A DNA stretch of 33,734 nt from Novosphingobium sp. (GTDB lineage: Bacteria > Pseudomonadota > Alphaproteobacteria > Sphingomonadales > Sphingomonadaceae), in the NCBI GenBank assembly GCA_031362485.1, contig JANLSP010000021.1, positions 1-33,734 on the forward strand. The letters are read 5' to 3'. Below are positions 16,014 to 25,376 of this stretch, piece by piece. Position 1 is the first letter of the stretch. Each line of letters begins with the position of its first letter. Under the pieces are notes generated by a model. The model was not told the origin of the DNA. It saw only the letters and a program-made list of their open reading frames with translations, and made no database searches. A program made the position numbers and the translations under genes.

Positions 16014-16874
16014 TCAGGCCAGCAGCAGTTTACCGCCCGCACCCCAGACGGCAATTCGGGAATCGTCGGGCTGGAATTGCGGGCACAACTGGAAAAACGT
16101 CTTGTCGGCGACGGCCACCCTTCGCAGCCGTCGGCTCACTCCATGGGGCTGTTCTGTCCGGGCGTGCTGCACGGCAATATTGTCCCAGATCACCAGGTCG
16201 CCAGGACGCCATTCGTGGCGATAAACATTGTCCGGAGCGTAGAGCCTTTCGAACAGGGTTTCGAGCAGCACATCGCTCTCATTCCTGGACATTCCTTCGA
16301 AGCGAGCGGTCTGCTGTTCGAAGATGAACAGCAGCGGCCGACCGGTCACAGGATGTGCGAAGATCGCGTCGCGGTTCATCTGCGGCACAAAATCCGGATT
16401 CTCGAAGGCGACGAGGCGCTCTCCCTGGCTGGGCGGGATGACATTGGTTGCTGTTGCGCCGTTCAGCCGGGAGCGCAGATCGGGTGGCAACCGATCAAGC
16501 ACTTTGCTGTTGCTCGCGTAGAGCGTTGCCGCACATCCCTCGCCAATCTCGATTCCATAGAGAGACAAGAGACTGAATGGTTCCGGCGTGAACGCCAGAT
16601 CGGAGTGGAACAACAGTCGTCCGCTGCCGAGGTTGCCATCGGCTGAAATCTCGCGATGGCCACCCTCCTCAACCAGTACGTTACCAAAGTAGCCGAGGAC
16701 CCGGGTCTGGTCTGCGTCGCTCAACACCTGATCGCCGAACACGAGAAGGCCCTGTTCGTAAAGCAGGTCGCGCAGGGCTTGTTGCTGCGCTTCGTCGAGG
16801 GGTCGCGAAAGATCGCAATCGACCCTGCTGCCGACTGTCGGGAACGGACTGTGTTGGAATGCAAAGTCGCTCAT
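16014..16874 (-). CDS. TauD/TfdA-family Fe(II)/2-oxoglutarate dioxygenase
   Basis: FHSD (HxD), HPVTGR, HEWRPGDLVIWDNIAVQHAR, and distal Arg in RRLRR. Confidence 0.9.
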   Translation of the reverse strand: MSDFAFQHSPFPTVGSRVDCDLSRPLDEAQQQALRDLLYEQGLLVFGDQVLSDADQTRVLGYFGNVLVEEGGHREISADGNLGSGRLLFHSDLAFTPEPFSLLSLYGIEIGEGCAATLYASNSKVLDRLPPDLRSRLNGATATNVIPPSQGERLVAFENPDFVPQMNRDAIFAHPVTGRPLLFIFEQQTARFEGMSRNESDVLLETLFERLYAPDNVYRHEWRPGDLVIWDNIAVQHARTEQPHGVSRRLRRVAVADKTFFQLCPQFQPDDSRIAVWGAGGKLLLA

Positions 16875-16935
16875 CCGGTTTCCCCCGCTTCTGAACTGGC
16901 ACCGCAGAGGCCGCCAAGCCCGTCGGCAACCGAGT

Positions 16936-17925
16936 TCAGGCGTCTTGCGGCAGCAGCAGCGGCGGCACTTCGCGCTTCACTTCACCGATCTTCTTGTTGC
17001 CCTCGAAACGGCCCAGACCATAGTCACCCTTGATCGTCGTACGGTGCATGCGGCGCTCGTATTTGGCATCACAACCTTCAACAGCGTGAAGCATCCTGTG
17101 GTTGTCCCAGATCACCATGTCGGTGGCCTTCCAGTCATGCCAATAGGGATTAATCTTGCGATACATCTCCTGCAGCGCCTCTTCGAAGATGGCGTCACCC
17201 TCGGGATCTTCGTGATCTTCAATGCCGACTGCTGAAAACCCGCAGAAGTGGGCAACCTTCTCGCCAGTCGGACGCGTCCAGATCATGGGATGGATCGCCC
17301 GGGGGAAAGTTGCAGCCTCGGCTATGAGCCCGGCCTGCTGCTCCGAATCCCAGGACGTCTTGAAATTCCGTCCAAAGCGCATCTGCGAAAGCCGCACGTC
17401 CAGGGTGTAGATCGCATTGAGGTTTGCAAGTTTCTCTTTGGTCTGGGGGTCAAGTGACTTGTAGATTTCGATGCCGTCGGCAAAGCCGGTCCGCCCATCA
17501 ACCGGAGCCGCGATCACCGAACGCAGGACGCCTGCATAATTCAACTCGTCGTTGTACGAGTGGTCAAAATGCCAGGGAATGAAGGACGCAACCATCTTTC
17601 CGTTCAGTTCGGTCTGCCCGTGGCTTCGACTCGGATCCTCCAGCGGCCGCCGGTGCATGTCGATTATGCCGGGATCAAGGCCCGGATCGGCGCGTGCCGT
17701 ACTCTTGGTCGGGTGATCCTTGAGGGGGCCAAACACCTTGCTGAGTTCGACCTGCATGTTTGGCGCGGGTTCCATATCCTCGAAGACAATCAGACCGCGA
17801 TCGACGAACAGCCGGCGCAGTTCGTCCCTGAGCCCCACATCATTGATGTTGTCGCGGCTCACTCCGCTGACGCGGGAACCCCAGCTATATTGCTCTCCAA
17901 GGTCGCTAACCCGAATCCCGGCCAT
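16936..17925 (-). CDS. TauD/TfdA-family Fe(II)/2-oxoglutarate dioxygenase
   Basis: WHFD (HxD), AIHPM, HDWKATDMVIWDNHRMLH, RRMHRTTI. Start moved to MAGIRV at 17925, which has GGAG upstream. Confidence 0.9.
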   Translation of the reverse strand: MAGIRVSDLGEQYSWGSRVSGVSRDNINDVGLRDELRRLFVDRGLIVFEDMEPAPNMQVELSKVFGPLKDHPTKSTARADPGLDPGIIDMHRRPLEDPSRSHGQTELNGKMVASFIPWHFDHSYNDELNYAGVLRSVIAAPVDGRTGFADGIEIYKSLDPQTKEKLANLNAIYTLDVRLSQMRFGRNFKTSWDSEQQAGLIAEAATFPRAIHPMIWTRPTGEKVAHFCGFSAVGIEDHEDPEGDAIFEEALQEMYRKINPYWHDWKATDMVIWDNHRMLHAVEGCDAKYERRMHRTTIKGDYGLGRFEGNKKIGEVKREVPPLLLPQDA

Positions 17926-17978
17926 GCGTAGCTCCAATTGACAGATCATTCCGAAGCAGTTCGAGAGGAATTTCACGG

Positions 17979-17998
17979 ATTTGACATTTCGTCAATAT
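17979..17998. promoter_or_regulatory. Candidate operator TTGAC-N5-GTCAA upstream of the TauD pair
   Basis: ATTTGAC-ATTTC-GTCAATAT palindrome in an AT-rich intergenic spacer; it includes a minus-strand TTGACG -35-like hexamer. Confidence 0.45.
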
Positions 17999-18027
17999 CG
18001 ATCCGTATCAGCGCTCAGGCGAGAGAT

Positions 18028-19740
18028 TCAGTGGCCTGAAGCCAGATGATCGGCGGCGATCATGGCAAACGTCATGGCGGGGCCAATCGTCCCGCCCGAA
18101 CCCGGATAGCAATTGGCGAACGGCGAGGCGGCGCAGTTACCGACTGCGTAGAGTCCATCGATCGGCCTGCCCACCGCATCGATTACCCGCGCGTGCGCAT
18201 CAACCTTTAGCCCGCCCTTGGTGCCAAGATCGCCCAGATTGATGCGAATCGCGTAGAAGGGCGCCGCCTCGACCACCCCCAATGCAGGGTTGGGCTGAAC
18301 CGACTGGTCGCCGAAGAAACGGTCATAAGCACTGACGCCTCGTCCGAAGCTGGTGTCATTGCCTGCGGTCGCGGATTGGTTGATCTGGGCCACAGAGCCG
18401 GTCAGGGCTTCAGCTGGCACGCCGATCTTGTTTGCCAGGGCCGTAATCGTCGGCGCCCGATAGAAATAGCGGTCCCACCAGCTTTCCGGAATGCGGCTGT
18501 CGGGCATAACCAATTGCGGGAGTATCCCGCCACAGCCGTATTTCGCCCGATAAGATGCATCGAACACCATCCAGCACGGCAGGTTGGCCCCGGTTTGCAA
18601 CTGGTCGGCGATCATCGCCTTACCAAAGTCATCGTAAGAGCAGCTTTCATTGACGAAGCGCTCGCCCAGGCCGTTGACTACCAGGCTGTGCGGGTGGCGG
18701 TGATCGAAAAACATCTGGTGCGTGACAAGCACTGCGGGGTTCTCGGGCGAGGGCAGCTCGGTGCTTGGCGCCCACCAGCAATATTCCATGTATTCCCGTG
18801 CCGCGCCGATCTCGCTTGCAGCAATCAGCGCATCACCGGTGTTGGCACCGGGCGGTGTAAGGCTCCAGCTCCTGTCGGCAGGAACAGGCAGGTTCTCGTC
18901 GCGCAGTTGCTGCGATTGCTCGAAGCCACCGGCAGCAAGGATCAGTCCCTTGCCGACTTCAAGCCTATGCCGCGCGCCATTTCGTTCGACCTCGACGCCG
19001 ATCACGCGCCCGTTCTCTGCCAGAATCCGGCGCAGCGGACTATTGAGCACGACCGGAACTCCGCGGCGCTTCAACTCACGCCGCATGGCACCGATCAGGG
19101 CATTTCCCATTGTCGCACGGCGATCTCGTCTCGACTTGAGGCGCCAGGGTAGGTCCAGCCAGTATTTCAGCATCATCACAGCCGCCACCCGGCGCCAGCC
19201 GGGCGCGCGCGCCGAGAGTGCGAATGCTTGCTCGAGATCAAGCGAATAACGATCAAACAGGGTGAAGGCACTGAAGACCGGGCGCAGCTGTTCATAGTCC
19301 TTGCCGAGTTCCTTGCCGTCGATCTCGCGCGGGACAAGTGCACGGCCAGCGCGCGATCCGGGTGCTTCGGGATAATAATCGGGATAACCGGCGAGCATGT
19401 CCCAACCCATTCCTGCTTCCTGCATATAGGCGACCAATGCAGGCGCATGGTTCAGGTAAGCCTCAATGCGCTCCTCGTGTGCCTCGCCCGCGGTTACATG
19501 CCGCAAATAGGCTCGGGCCTGTTCGCGGCTGTCCTCGTGTCCATCAAGACCGTGACACGGCACCCAGATCGCCCCGCCCGATGTTGCCGTGGTTCCGCCA
19601 TAGAACCCGGTCTTTTCAAAAACGATTGTGGCAAGGCCATTATCGGCCGCCCGCAAGCCCGCAAGCAGGCCGCCCGCGCCAGAGCCGATGACGACGACAT
19701 CCCATTGTGTTCTCACTTCAGCTTCGTCCTGATCCGCCAC
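18028..19740 (-). CDS. FAD-dependent oxidoreductase, 3-ketosteroid delta1-dehydrogenase (KstD)-like
   Basis: GSGAGG, GGTTATSGGAIWVP, YPDYYP, AAGGFE, RFVNES.SY, LGTKGG, GLYAVGN, YPGSGGTIG. Confidence 0.82.
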   Translation of the reverse strand: MADQDEAEVRTQWDVVVIGSGAGGLLAGLRAADNGLATIVFEKTGFYGGTTATSGGAIWVPCHGLDGHEDSREQARAYLRHVTAGEAHEERIEAYLNHAPALVAYMQEAGMGWDMLAGYPDYYPEAPGSRAGRALVPREIDGKELGKDYEQLRPVFSAFTLFDRYSLDLEQAFALSARAPGWRRVAAVMMLKYWLDLPWRLKSRRDRRATMGNALIGAMRRELKRRGVPVVLNSPLRRILAENGRVIGVEVERNGARHRLEVGKGLILAAGGFEQSQQLRDENLPVPADRSWSLTPPGANTGDALIAASEIGAAREYMEYCWWAPSTELPSPENPAVLVTHQMFFDHRHPHSLVVNGLGERFVNESCSYDDFGKAMIADQLQTGANLPCWMVFDASYRAKYGCGGILPQLVMPDSRIPESWWDRYFYRAPTITALANKIGVPAEALTGSVAQINQSATAGNDTSFGRGVSAYDRFFGDQSVQPNPALGVVEAAPFYAIRINLGDLGTKGGLKVDAHARVIDAVGRPIDGLYAVGNCAASPFANCYPGSGGTIGPAMTFAMIAADHLASGH

Positions 19741-19783
19741 AGTTCACCCAGATCCTTTGCGAATTCCGCTGTGCTGGCGCTGA

Positions 19784-21109
19784 TTAGCCCTCACTATCGC
19801 GCACGACATAGCGAGCGGCGCAGAGCAGCAGCAGACCGCCGGGGAGAAATAGGACAACGACAATCATGAGCGCCTGGCGCAGGCCCATGGCACTTCCGGC
19901 GTTTACGGCCAGACTATCGCTAAGCGCGCCGGTAAGCACTGGTCCGAGGCTCTGACCAATCAGGTTGCCCACAGCCAGCGCAAGCGCGATCGCCAATGCC
20001 CTGCGCGCATTGCCGCAGACGGCATGAATCGCCGCAAACATCGAAGGCAGCATCGAAGCCACCAGAGCATTTCCCATTGCCATCAATGCCAATGTCAGGA
20101 CCAGCGTGTTCGAAAGCAGGGCGAATTCGTACAAAACGCTGCAAGCGAGCATGGCAATCGCGGGTATCCGGGCTGCCCAGGCAGGGTCCTTTCGCGATAG
20201 CCAATCGGTCAGGAACCCGCCGATGATCGTTCCACCGATTGAAGCGCAGGTTGCCACAATCGAATAGAGCACGCCGACTTCGGCCATGGTCAGATTGAAA
20301 GTGCGAATGAGGTGCGACGGAACAAAGACAAAGGCGCCTTGCGTCAGCGAAAAATAAACGACCATGCCGCCAAGCAAGTAACAATAGGCTGGTTTGGCAA
20401 ATAGCCTGCCAAGACCCGCCGACAGCGGTTCGGCCTTGAACGAGTGCCCCACTGTTCGCCGCGGTTCCTTGAGGACCAGGTGGCAGAGCAGCGCAACCGG
20501 GAATCCAATCAAGCCGAAAGCGATGATCGTGGCTCTCCAGCCATAATTCTGAGCGATCCAGCCGCCACCGGCGAAGGCGATGATATAGGCCGCCCCGGTC
20601 GACATCGTGTAACCCGCCAGGGCCTTGCCTCTTTCGCTGGGCGGGAAATAGTCCGCGATCAGGCTCTGCGCGGCGGGGAGAGAAGCCGATTCAGCCGCGC
20701 CAACTCCCATGCGGCAAAGCAACAGATGCCAGAAGGATTGCGCCATTCCGGTCACCGCAGTGAACAGACTCCATAGCGAAAGCGCGGCTATCGTAAGCCG
20801 CTTGCGGTCGCTACGGTCGGCATAGTTCGAGATCGGCAGACCAAGCAGCGCATAGAACAGCGCAAAGGCGATGCCTGTGAGCAAACCCACCTGGGTGTCA
20901 GACAGGGCAAACTCCTGCTTGAGCGGCTCGACCAGAATGCTGATGATGTTGCGGTCGATGAAGGTGAGCGTCCCCACAAGGAACAGGGCAAACAGCATCC
21001 ACCGCCGCTCTGCGGGCTGGTAGAGCGTCCAAGGCGCCGCTCTCTGTTCAGCGTGGCTATCCGGTCGAGGTCTTCCCGGTGCTTCGGCCTCAGTCTGTGA
21101 CGGCAACAC
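19784..21109 (-). CDS. MFS transporter (spinster/ACS-like)
   Basis: FIDRNIISILVEPLKQEF.LSD.Q.GLL.G.AF, ADRSDRKR, SLIADYFP..ERGKA; about 12 TM segments. Confidence 0.9.
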   Translation of the reverse strand: MLPSQTEAEAPGRPRPDSHAEQRAAPWTLYQPAERRWMLFALFLVGTLTFIDRNIISILVEPLKQEFALSDTQVGLLTGIAFALFYALLGLPISNYADRSDRKRLTIAALSLWSLFTAVTGMAQSFWHLLLCRMGVGAAESASLPAAQSLIADYFPPSERGKALAGYTMSTGAAYIIAFAGGGWIAQNYGWRATIIAFGLIGFPVALLCHLVLKEPRRTVGHSFKAEPLSAGLGRLFAKPAYCYLLGGMVVYFSLTQGAFVFVPSHLIRTFNLTMAEVGVLYSIVATCASIGGTIIGGFLTDWLSRKDPAWAARIPAIAMLACSVLYEFALLSNTLVLTLALMAMGNALVASMLPSMFAAIHAVCGNARRALAIALALAVGNLIGQSLGPVLTGALSDSLAVNAGSAMGLRQALMIVVVLFLPGGLLLLCAARYVVRDSEG

Positions 21110-21428
21110 ACGTCCCCTTGCGCACCGACCGGTTTCGACCGGATCCGGGTTTTCTTTCTCTGGATCGGCTGGATAAGCTAATCAGGCAAGCGCTTTTGGT
21201 TCTGGGGCCCTGAGGAGGATGGATCGCAACACCAAGGGAGACGCTGACATTCAGCGCAAGCTCAAAGCGCTGCGCCATGATGAAGGTTTCAGGAAACCTG
21301 CGGCGACCTGCAAATGCCGGATTGTCGCGGCAAAACAGCGCATTTCTGATTTGCGCTCCCTGGGGTTGGCTGTTGCGCGATATGGGCCTTAAACGGCGAT
21401 TACATGCGTTAGGCAGAGGATCAGGCCA

Positions 21429-22640
21429 ATGTACCAATTGCTTTCGGGCCTTTCCTTGATTGAAGCTTCGTCGTTCGTTGCTTCGCCCACTGCCGGACTC
21501 TATTGCGCCCAGATGGGAGCCGAGGTGATCCGGGTGGACCAGATTGGCGGTGGTCCCGACTTCCGTCGCTGGCCGGTTACGAGCGGCAATGACTCGCTCT
21601 ATTGGGAAAACCTCAACCGCGCGAAAAAATCGGTTGCCCTCAATCTCTCCGATCCCAAGGGCCGCGAATTGCTCCAGGAGCTGGTGCGGGCGACGGGCCA
21701 GTTCATCACCAACTTTCCTGCCGAGGGATTCCTGTCGCACACGACTCTCGCCGAGCGGAGACCGGACCTGGTGACTGTGCGCGTGATGGGCTGGGCGGAC
21801 GGCTCGCCGGCCCTGGATTACACGGTGAACAACGCGGTCGGCTATCCTCTGATGACTGGCGCCGGTCCAGAGCCGGTCAACCATGTCCTGCCTGCTTGGG
21901 ATCTGCTTACGGGTGCCTATGCCGCCTTTGTTCTGCTTGCGGCGATCCAGCACCGGGCGGTGACGGGCGAGGGGGGAGAAGTGCGAGTGCCATTGTCCGA
22001 CGTTGCCATCGGCACCGTCGCCAACCTCGGCGGAATCGCCGAAGTGCTCCATTCAGGCGAGAACCGGCCGCGACTGGGCAACACCGTCTATGGTTTGTTC
22101 GGACGCGATTTCGTGACGCGCGACGGCCAGCGCACAATGATCGTAGTGGTCACTCCGCGCCAATGGGCCAAGCTGCTTGATGCGCTGGACCTTGCCGGGG
22201 CCGTTGCGGCGGTGGAGCAAGCGCGCGGCGTCAATTTCGCTACCGACGATGGCTTGCGCTTCCATCACCGCGATGCATTGTTCCCGCTGTTCGAGCAGGC
22301 TTTCGCGACGCAGGACCTGGCGCAGCTTGCCATTGCCCTGGACGCGGCAGGAATCGTCCATTCCGCCTATCGGACCATGCGCGAGGCCGCGCAGGATCCG
22401 CGCCTTGTCGGCAACAACCCGATGTTCGCGCTGGCGGACGATAACCCGTCCGGTTTTGTCTATCCGGCTGCCGGGCCGTTCGGAACCGTGCCGCAGCACG
22501 AACGGGGCAAGCCGCTGCCCGCACCGCGCAACGGCGAGCACAGTGAGCAGGTTCTCGCCGCGCGCCTGAAGCTCGCATCTGGCGAGATTGCCCGCCTGAT
22601 CGATGCTGGCGTCGTCGGGGTTGCTCATTCAGCCCGGTGA
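21429..22640 (+). CDS. mct: CaiB/BaiF class III CoA transferase, mesaconyl-CoA C1-C4 CoA transferase (2-methylfumaryl-CoA isomerase)-like
   Basis: IGGG.D..RWPVT, SLYW..LN..K, FITNFPA.G.LS, DYTVN, VNHVLPAWD..TG, YG.FGRDF.T.DG.R, all of which I recall from Chloroflexus Mct. GAGGA RBS. Confidence 0.75.
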   Translation: MYQLLSGLSLIEASSFVASPTAGLYCAQMGAEVIRVDQIGGGPDFRRWPVTSGNDSLYWENLNRAKKSVALNLSDPKGRELLQELVRATGQFITNFPAEGFLSHTTLAERRPDLVTVRVMGWADGSPALDYTVNNAVGYPLMTGAGPEPVNHVLPAWDLLTGAYAAFVLLAAIQHRAVTGEGGEVRVPLSDVAIGTVANLGGIAEVLHSGENRPRLGNTVYGLFGRDFVTRDGQRTMIVVVTPRQWAKLLDALDLAGAVAAVEQARGVNFATDDGLRFHHRDALFPLFEQAFATQDLAQLAIALDAAGIVHSAYRTMREAAQDPRLVGNNPMFALADDNPSGFVYPAAGPFGTVPQHERGKPLPAPRNGEHSEQVLAARLKLASGEIARLIDAGVVGVAHSAR

Positions 22641-22832
22641 ATTTCCGCGCAGGTTTCGGCACCAGATTTCCTCGCTCTGCATCGCCTTGATGACGCGCTC
22701 GCGAACGAAGGCCTGGTCTTCGCAGAACTTCATCATGATCGGCACCGGCGTGCCCAGGCTGATGCCGAAATAGGTGTTCGGCAGGCAATATGGCGCGAGC
22801 GACTGGCAGGTATAAGATGGACCGAAGTTCAT
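22629..22832 (-). pseudogene. Acyl-CoA dehydrogenase remnant
   Basis: 67-aa ORF containing ..YFGISLGTPVPIMM...RVIKAMQSEEIWC, the ACAD segment that normally precedes QLFSEP.AGSD. Here it breaks off into RNLRGNSPG*. Confidence 0.65.
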
Positions 22833-22833
22833 C

Positions 22834-23254
22834 TCACCGGCTTGTTATTGGCGGCGACATCGAGGTTGGGGACTGCCAGTCGATGCGCACTTGCCGGTAG
22901 GCGAAGCGCTAACCTTGCGGGGGTCAGGCGATGTTGATCGTTGTAGGTGCCGACATGATCAAGGCCATTGTTGCAATAGACCGAGAAATAGGCGCGTGCT
23001 GTGGCGCTCTGGCCATCCGCTGAGACATCGATCAGCGGATTGGTCACATGGTGGCGGGTAACAGTCCTGGCCGGATCGCCGGCGACACCGAGGGTGAGCG
23101 CTTCGGCCACTCCGGCAGGTCCGGTCCCTTTGCCGCCCGGAAATTCCAGCGTGCTGTCCTCGGCAAAGCAGGCGGCAAGATCGGCGAGCCGCCCGCGGTC
23201 GCCATTGTAGGTGTAGCGTGTGTAGAGGTCGCGGATCTCTGCGGTGTCTGTCAT
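22834..23254 (-). pseudogene. NTF2/SnoaL-like protein, disrupted by a frameshift and a nonsense codon
   Basis: EIRDL..RY....D, TRHHVTN, G.Y.D. Removing one base from the G5 run at 22919-22923 gives LTPQG*RFAYRQVRIDWQSPTSM..., with TAG (22909-22911) where the GWRF Trp belongs and a natural stop at 22834-22836. Confidence 0.75.
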
Positions 23255-24417
23255 GCGCGGGTATCCATCAGATTGCGGGCAACGACCATACGGTGCACCT
23301 CGGAAGGGCCATCATAGATGCGCATGGTCCGCACCCGGCCTGCCAGCAGGGGCAGGGGGCTTTCGCGGGTCATGCCCATGCCGCCGAAGCATTGCATGGC
23401 ATCGTCGATGATCTTCTGCGCCATTTCGGTCGCAAACACTTTGAGCATGGATATTTCATTTCGCACGTCCATGCCCTGGTCGAGCTTCCAAGCACAGTCA
23501 TAGGCCATCAGGCGCGCAGCATGAATCTGCATCGCCCCGTCCGCGACCCACCATTGCACCGATTGCCGCTCCGACAGCTTATGACCGAATGTGATGCGCT
23601 GCGGGGCATATTCGCGCATCATGTCGAGCGCGCGCTGTGCCGCGCCGATGCACCAGGCGGCGATTTCCATGCGGCGCGTGCCGAGCCGGATCTGCATTGG
23701 CCCGAAGCCTTGCCCTTCGCTGCCCAGCAATTTCCAGCCCGGCACCCGGCAATCTTCTAGCACCACTTCATACGTGAATTCGCCGCCGACCATCGGAATG
23801 CGGCGCAGGACATTGAAGCCGGGTGTTTCACGATCGACGAGGAACGCCGACATCCCGCCGCGGGCCCGCTTTTCTGTGTCGGTAATCGCCATCAAAATGG
23901 TGAAGTCCGCCTCAGCGGCACGGGTTATCCAGATCTTGCGGCCGTTGATGATCCAGTCATCGCCATCCCGAACCGCGCGGGTCTGCATGCCGGCGGGATC
24001 GGAGCCTGCTCCGGGCTCCGAAATGCCGATCGCGGAAATGGTTTCGCCACGGGCATAGGGGGCAAGATAGGCCTCGCGCTGGCGCTCATTGACCGTTGCG
24101 GCGAGCATCTGGAGGTTCGGCGAATCCGGGGGCAGGGTGTATTTGGCCACCGTGCTGCCCAGCGCCTCGTTGACCGCGACAAGGGCAACGTGCGGCATAC
24201 CCATGCCGCCGTCCTCGACCGGCGCGTCGAGGCTCCACAGGCCTAGATCTCTCGAAATCGCGTCGATGCGCCCCCTCTCCTCCGCAGTCAGCTCAGGGTC
24301 CTGCCCGTTTGCTTCGCGTGTCAGGACCGCTGCTTCGAGCGGCATCAGCTCCTGCCGGACGAATTTCTGCACCAGATCGCGCAGCATCCGGTGATCGTCC
24401 TCAAGCTCGAAATTCAC
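23251..24417 (-). CDS. Acyl-CoA dehydrogenase
   Basis: ISEPGAGSDP, WIINGRKIWIT, RITFG..L, MQCFGGMG, RIYDGPSEVHR. Confidence 0.92.
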   Translation of the reverse strand: MNFELEDDHRMLRDLVQKFVRQELMPLEAAVLTREANGQDPELTAEERGRIDAISRDLGLWSLDAPVEDGGMGMPHVALVAVNEALGSTVAKYTLPPDSPNLQMLAATVNERQREAYLAPYARGETISAIGISEPGAGSDPAGMQTRAVRDGDDWIINGRKIWITRAAEADFTILMAITDTEKRARGGMSAFLVDRETPGFNVLRRIPMVGGEFTYEVVLEDCRVPGWKLLGSEGQGFGPMQIRLGTRRMEIAAWCIGAAQRALDMMREYAPQRITFGHKLSERQSVQWWVADGAMQIHAARLMAYDCAWKLDQGMDVRNEISMLKVFATEMAQKIIDDAMQCFGGMGMTRESPLPLLAGRVRTMRIYDGPSEVHRMVVARNLMDTRA

Positions 24418-25289
24418 GGCTTGCCGCTCCAGAAGCTGCCAATGCTCGCCGCCAGTTGCAGCCCTTGCGCGAAACCAGCCTCGGCCGAAGGGCGCCTTAC
24501 TGCGGGATCAAGCGGATTGGCGCCCATCGCAGAGCGCGCATTGCCATCAGGTTCGATCACCGTGACTTTTGCGCCTTTAGCTTCAAGCACGGAAACGGCG
24601 TCATTCAAGTGGAGCCCGGCAGGCGCGGGCGAAACGCTGCCGAACGGCGAGGCAATGATGACACGCTCTGCTCCATCGGCGAGATGGGCATTGTCAACCG
24701 TGTAGCCGCCGCCGTCGAAATAGCTCCGGCCGGCGATCTCGACCAGGGGCCAGACCCCCGGGACAGCGCAGCTCGCAGATACGGCATCGACCAGGGAAAC
24801 CCCGGATGAGGCGTCGAATGTCACCAGTTCGCCGCTCTCCGCGTCAACTGCCGTGATGGTCAGGCTTGCGGCGGGCCAGCTGTGGTCGGTGAGGCGGCGC
24901 TCGATCATCGCGCGGCGCACCGCGGGCGGGACGGTCTGCGCACCCCCGGCCATGCGGCCCACGGCGCGCATGCGCTCGCCGTGATCGGCAATGGCGCCGA
25001 GCGCCGGGAAAGACTGCATCAGCTCGGCAATCGCGGCCATGTTGGGCGCCTGTTCATCGGCAATCAGCGCCGGATCGGTCTGCCTGGCAAACATCTGCTC
25101 GAGCGACTGGGTGCTACGCAACTGTGCGGCTGTGGCCGATCCGGCCGAAGTGCCGATCATACGATCTGCATCGCGCAAGTCGGTGCCTTGCTGCGCCATG
25201 GCGTGAAACAGCCCGGCGAACCAGCCAAGTCCGGCCAACCCGCCGCCGCCCAAGACAAGAGCTCTGCCGAGAAGAGCTGGCTGGGTCAT
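24414..25289 (-). CDS. Patatin-like phospholipase/esterase
   Basis: LVLGGGG, GTSAG nucleophile elbow, ASCAVPG, YFDGG. Confidence 0.9.
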   Translation of the reverse strand: MTQPALLGRALVLGGGGLAGLGWFAGLFHAMAQQGTDLRDADRMIGTSAGSATAAQLRSTQSLEQMFARQTDPALIADEQAPNMAAIAELMQSFPALGAIADHGERMRAVGRMAGGAQTVPPAVRRAMIERRLTDHSWPAASLTITAVDAESGELVTFDASSGVSLVDAVSASCAVPGVWPLVEIAGRSYFDGGGYTVDNAHLADGAERVIIASPFGSVSPAPAGLHLNDAVSVLEAKGAKVTVIEPDGNARSAMGANPLDPAVRRPSAEAGFAQGLQLAASIGSFWSGKP

Positions 25290-25348
25290 GTCATCCTTTC
25301 ACCAATGATCGAGCGCGCTTCACGCGAATACACTTGCCGCAGCGTCCG

Positions 25349-25376
25349 TGAGTAGGAGTGGCTCGGGTTTAGTCAA
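25349..25376 (-). promoter_or_regulatory. Possible sigma70 promoter for the patatin-ACAD-NTF2 operon
   Basis: Minus-strand TTGACT (25376-25371), 16 nt spacer, then TACTCA (25354-25349), about 60 nt upstream of the patatin start. Confidence 0.3.

Noticed and set aside
17981-17995. FNR/FixK box
   Set aside because: The consensus is TTGAT-N4-ATCAA; this site is TTGAC-N5-GTCAA, so both arms and spacing differ. Kept only as a generic operator.
21110-21428. Riboswitch or sRNA in the 319-bp MFS-mct intergenic region
   Set aside because: Only short imperfect inverted repeats and no motif I recognise; an Rfam/Infernal scan would be needed.
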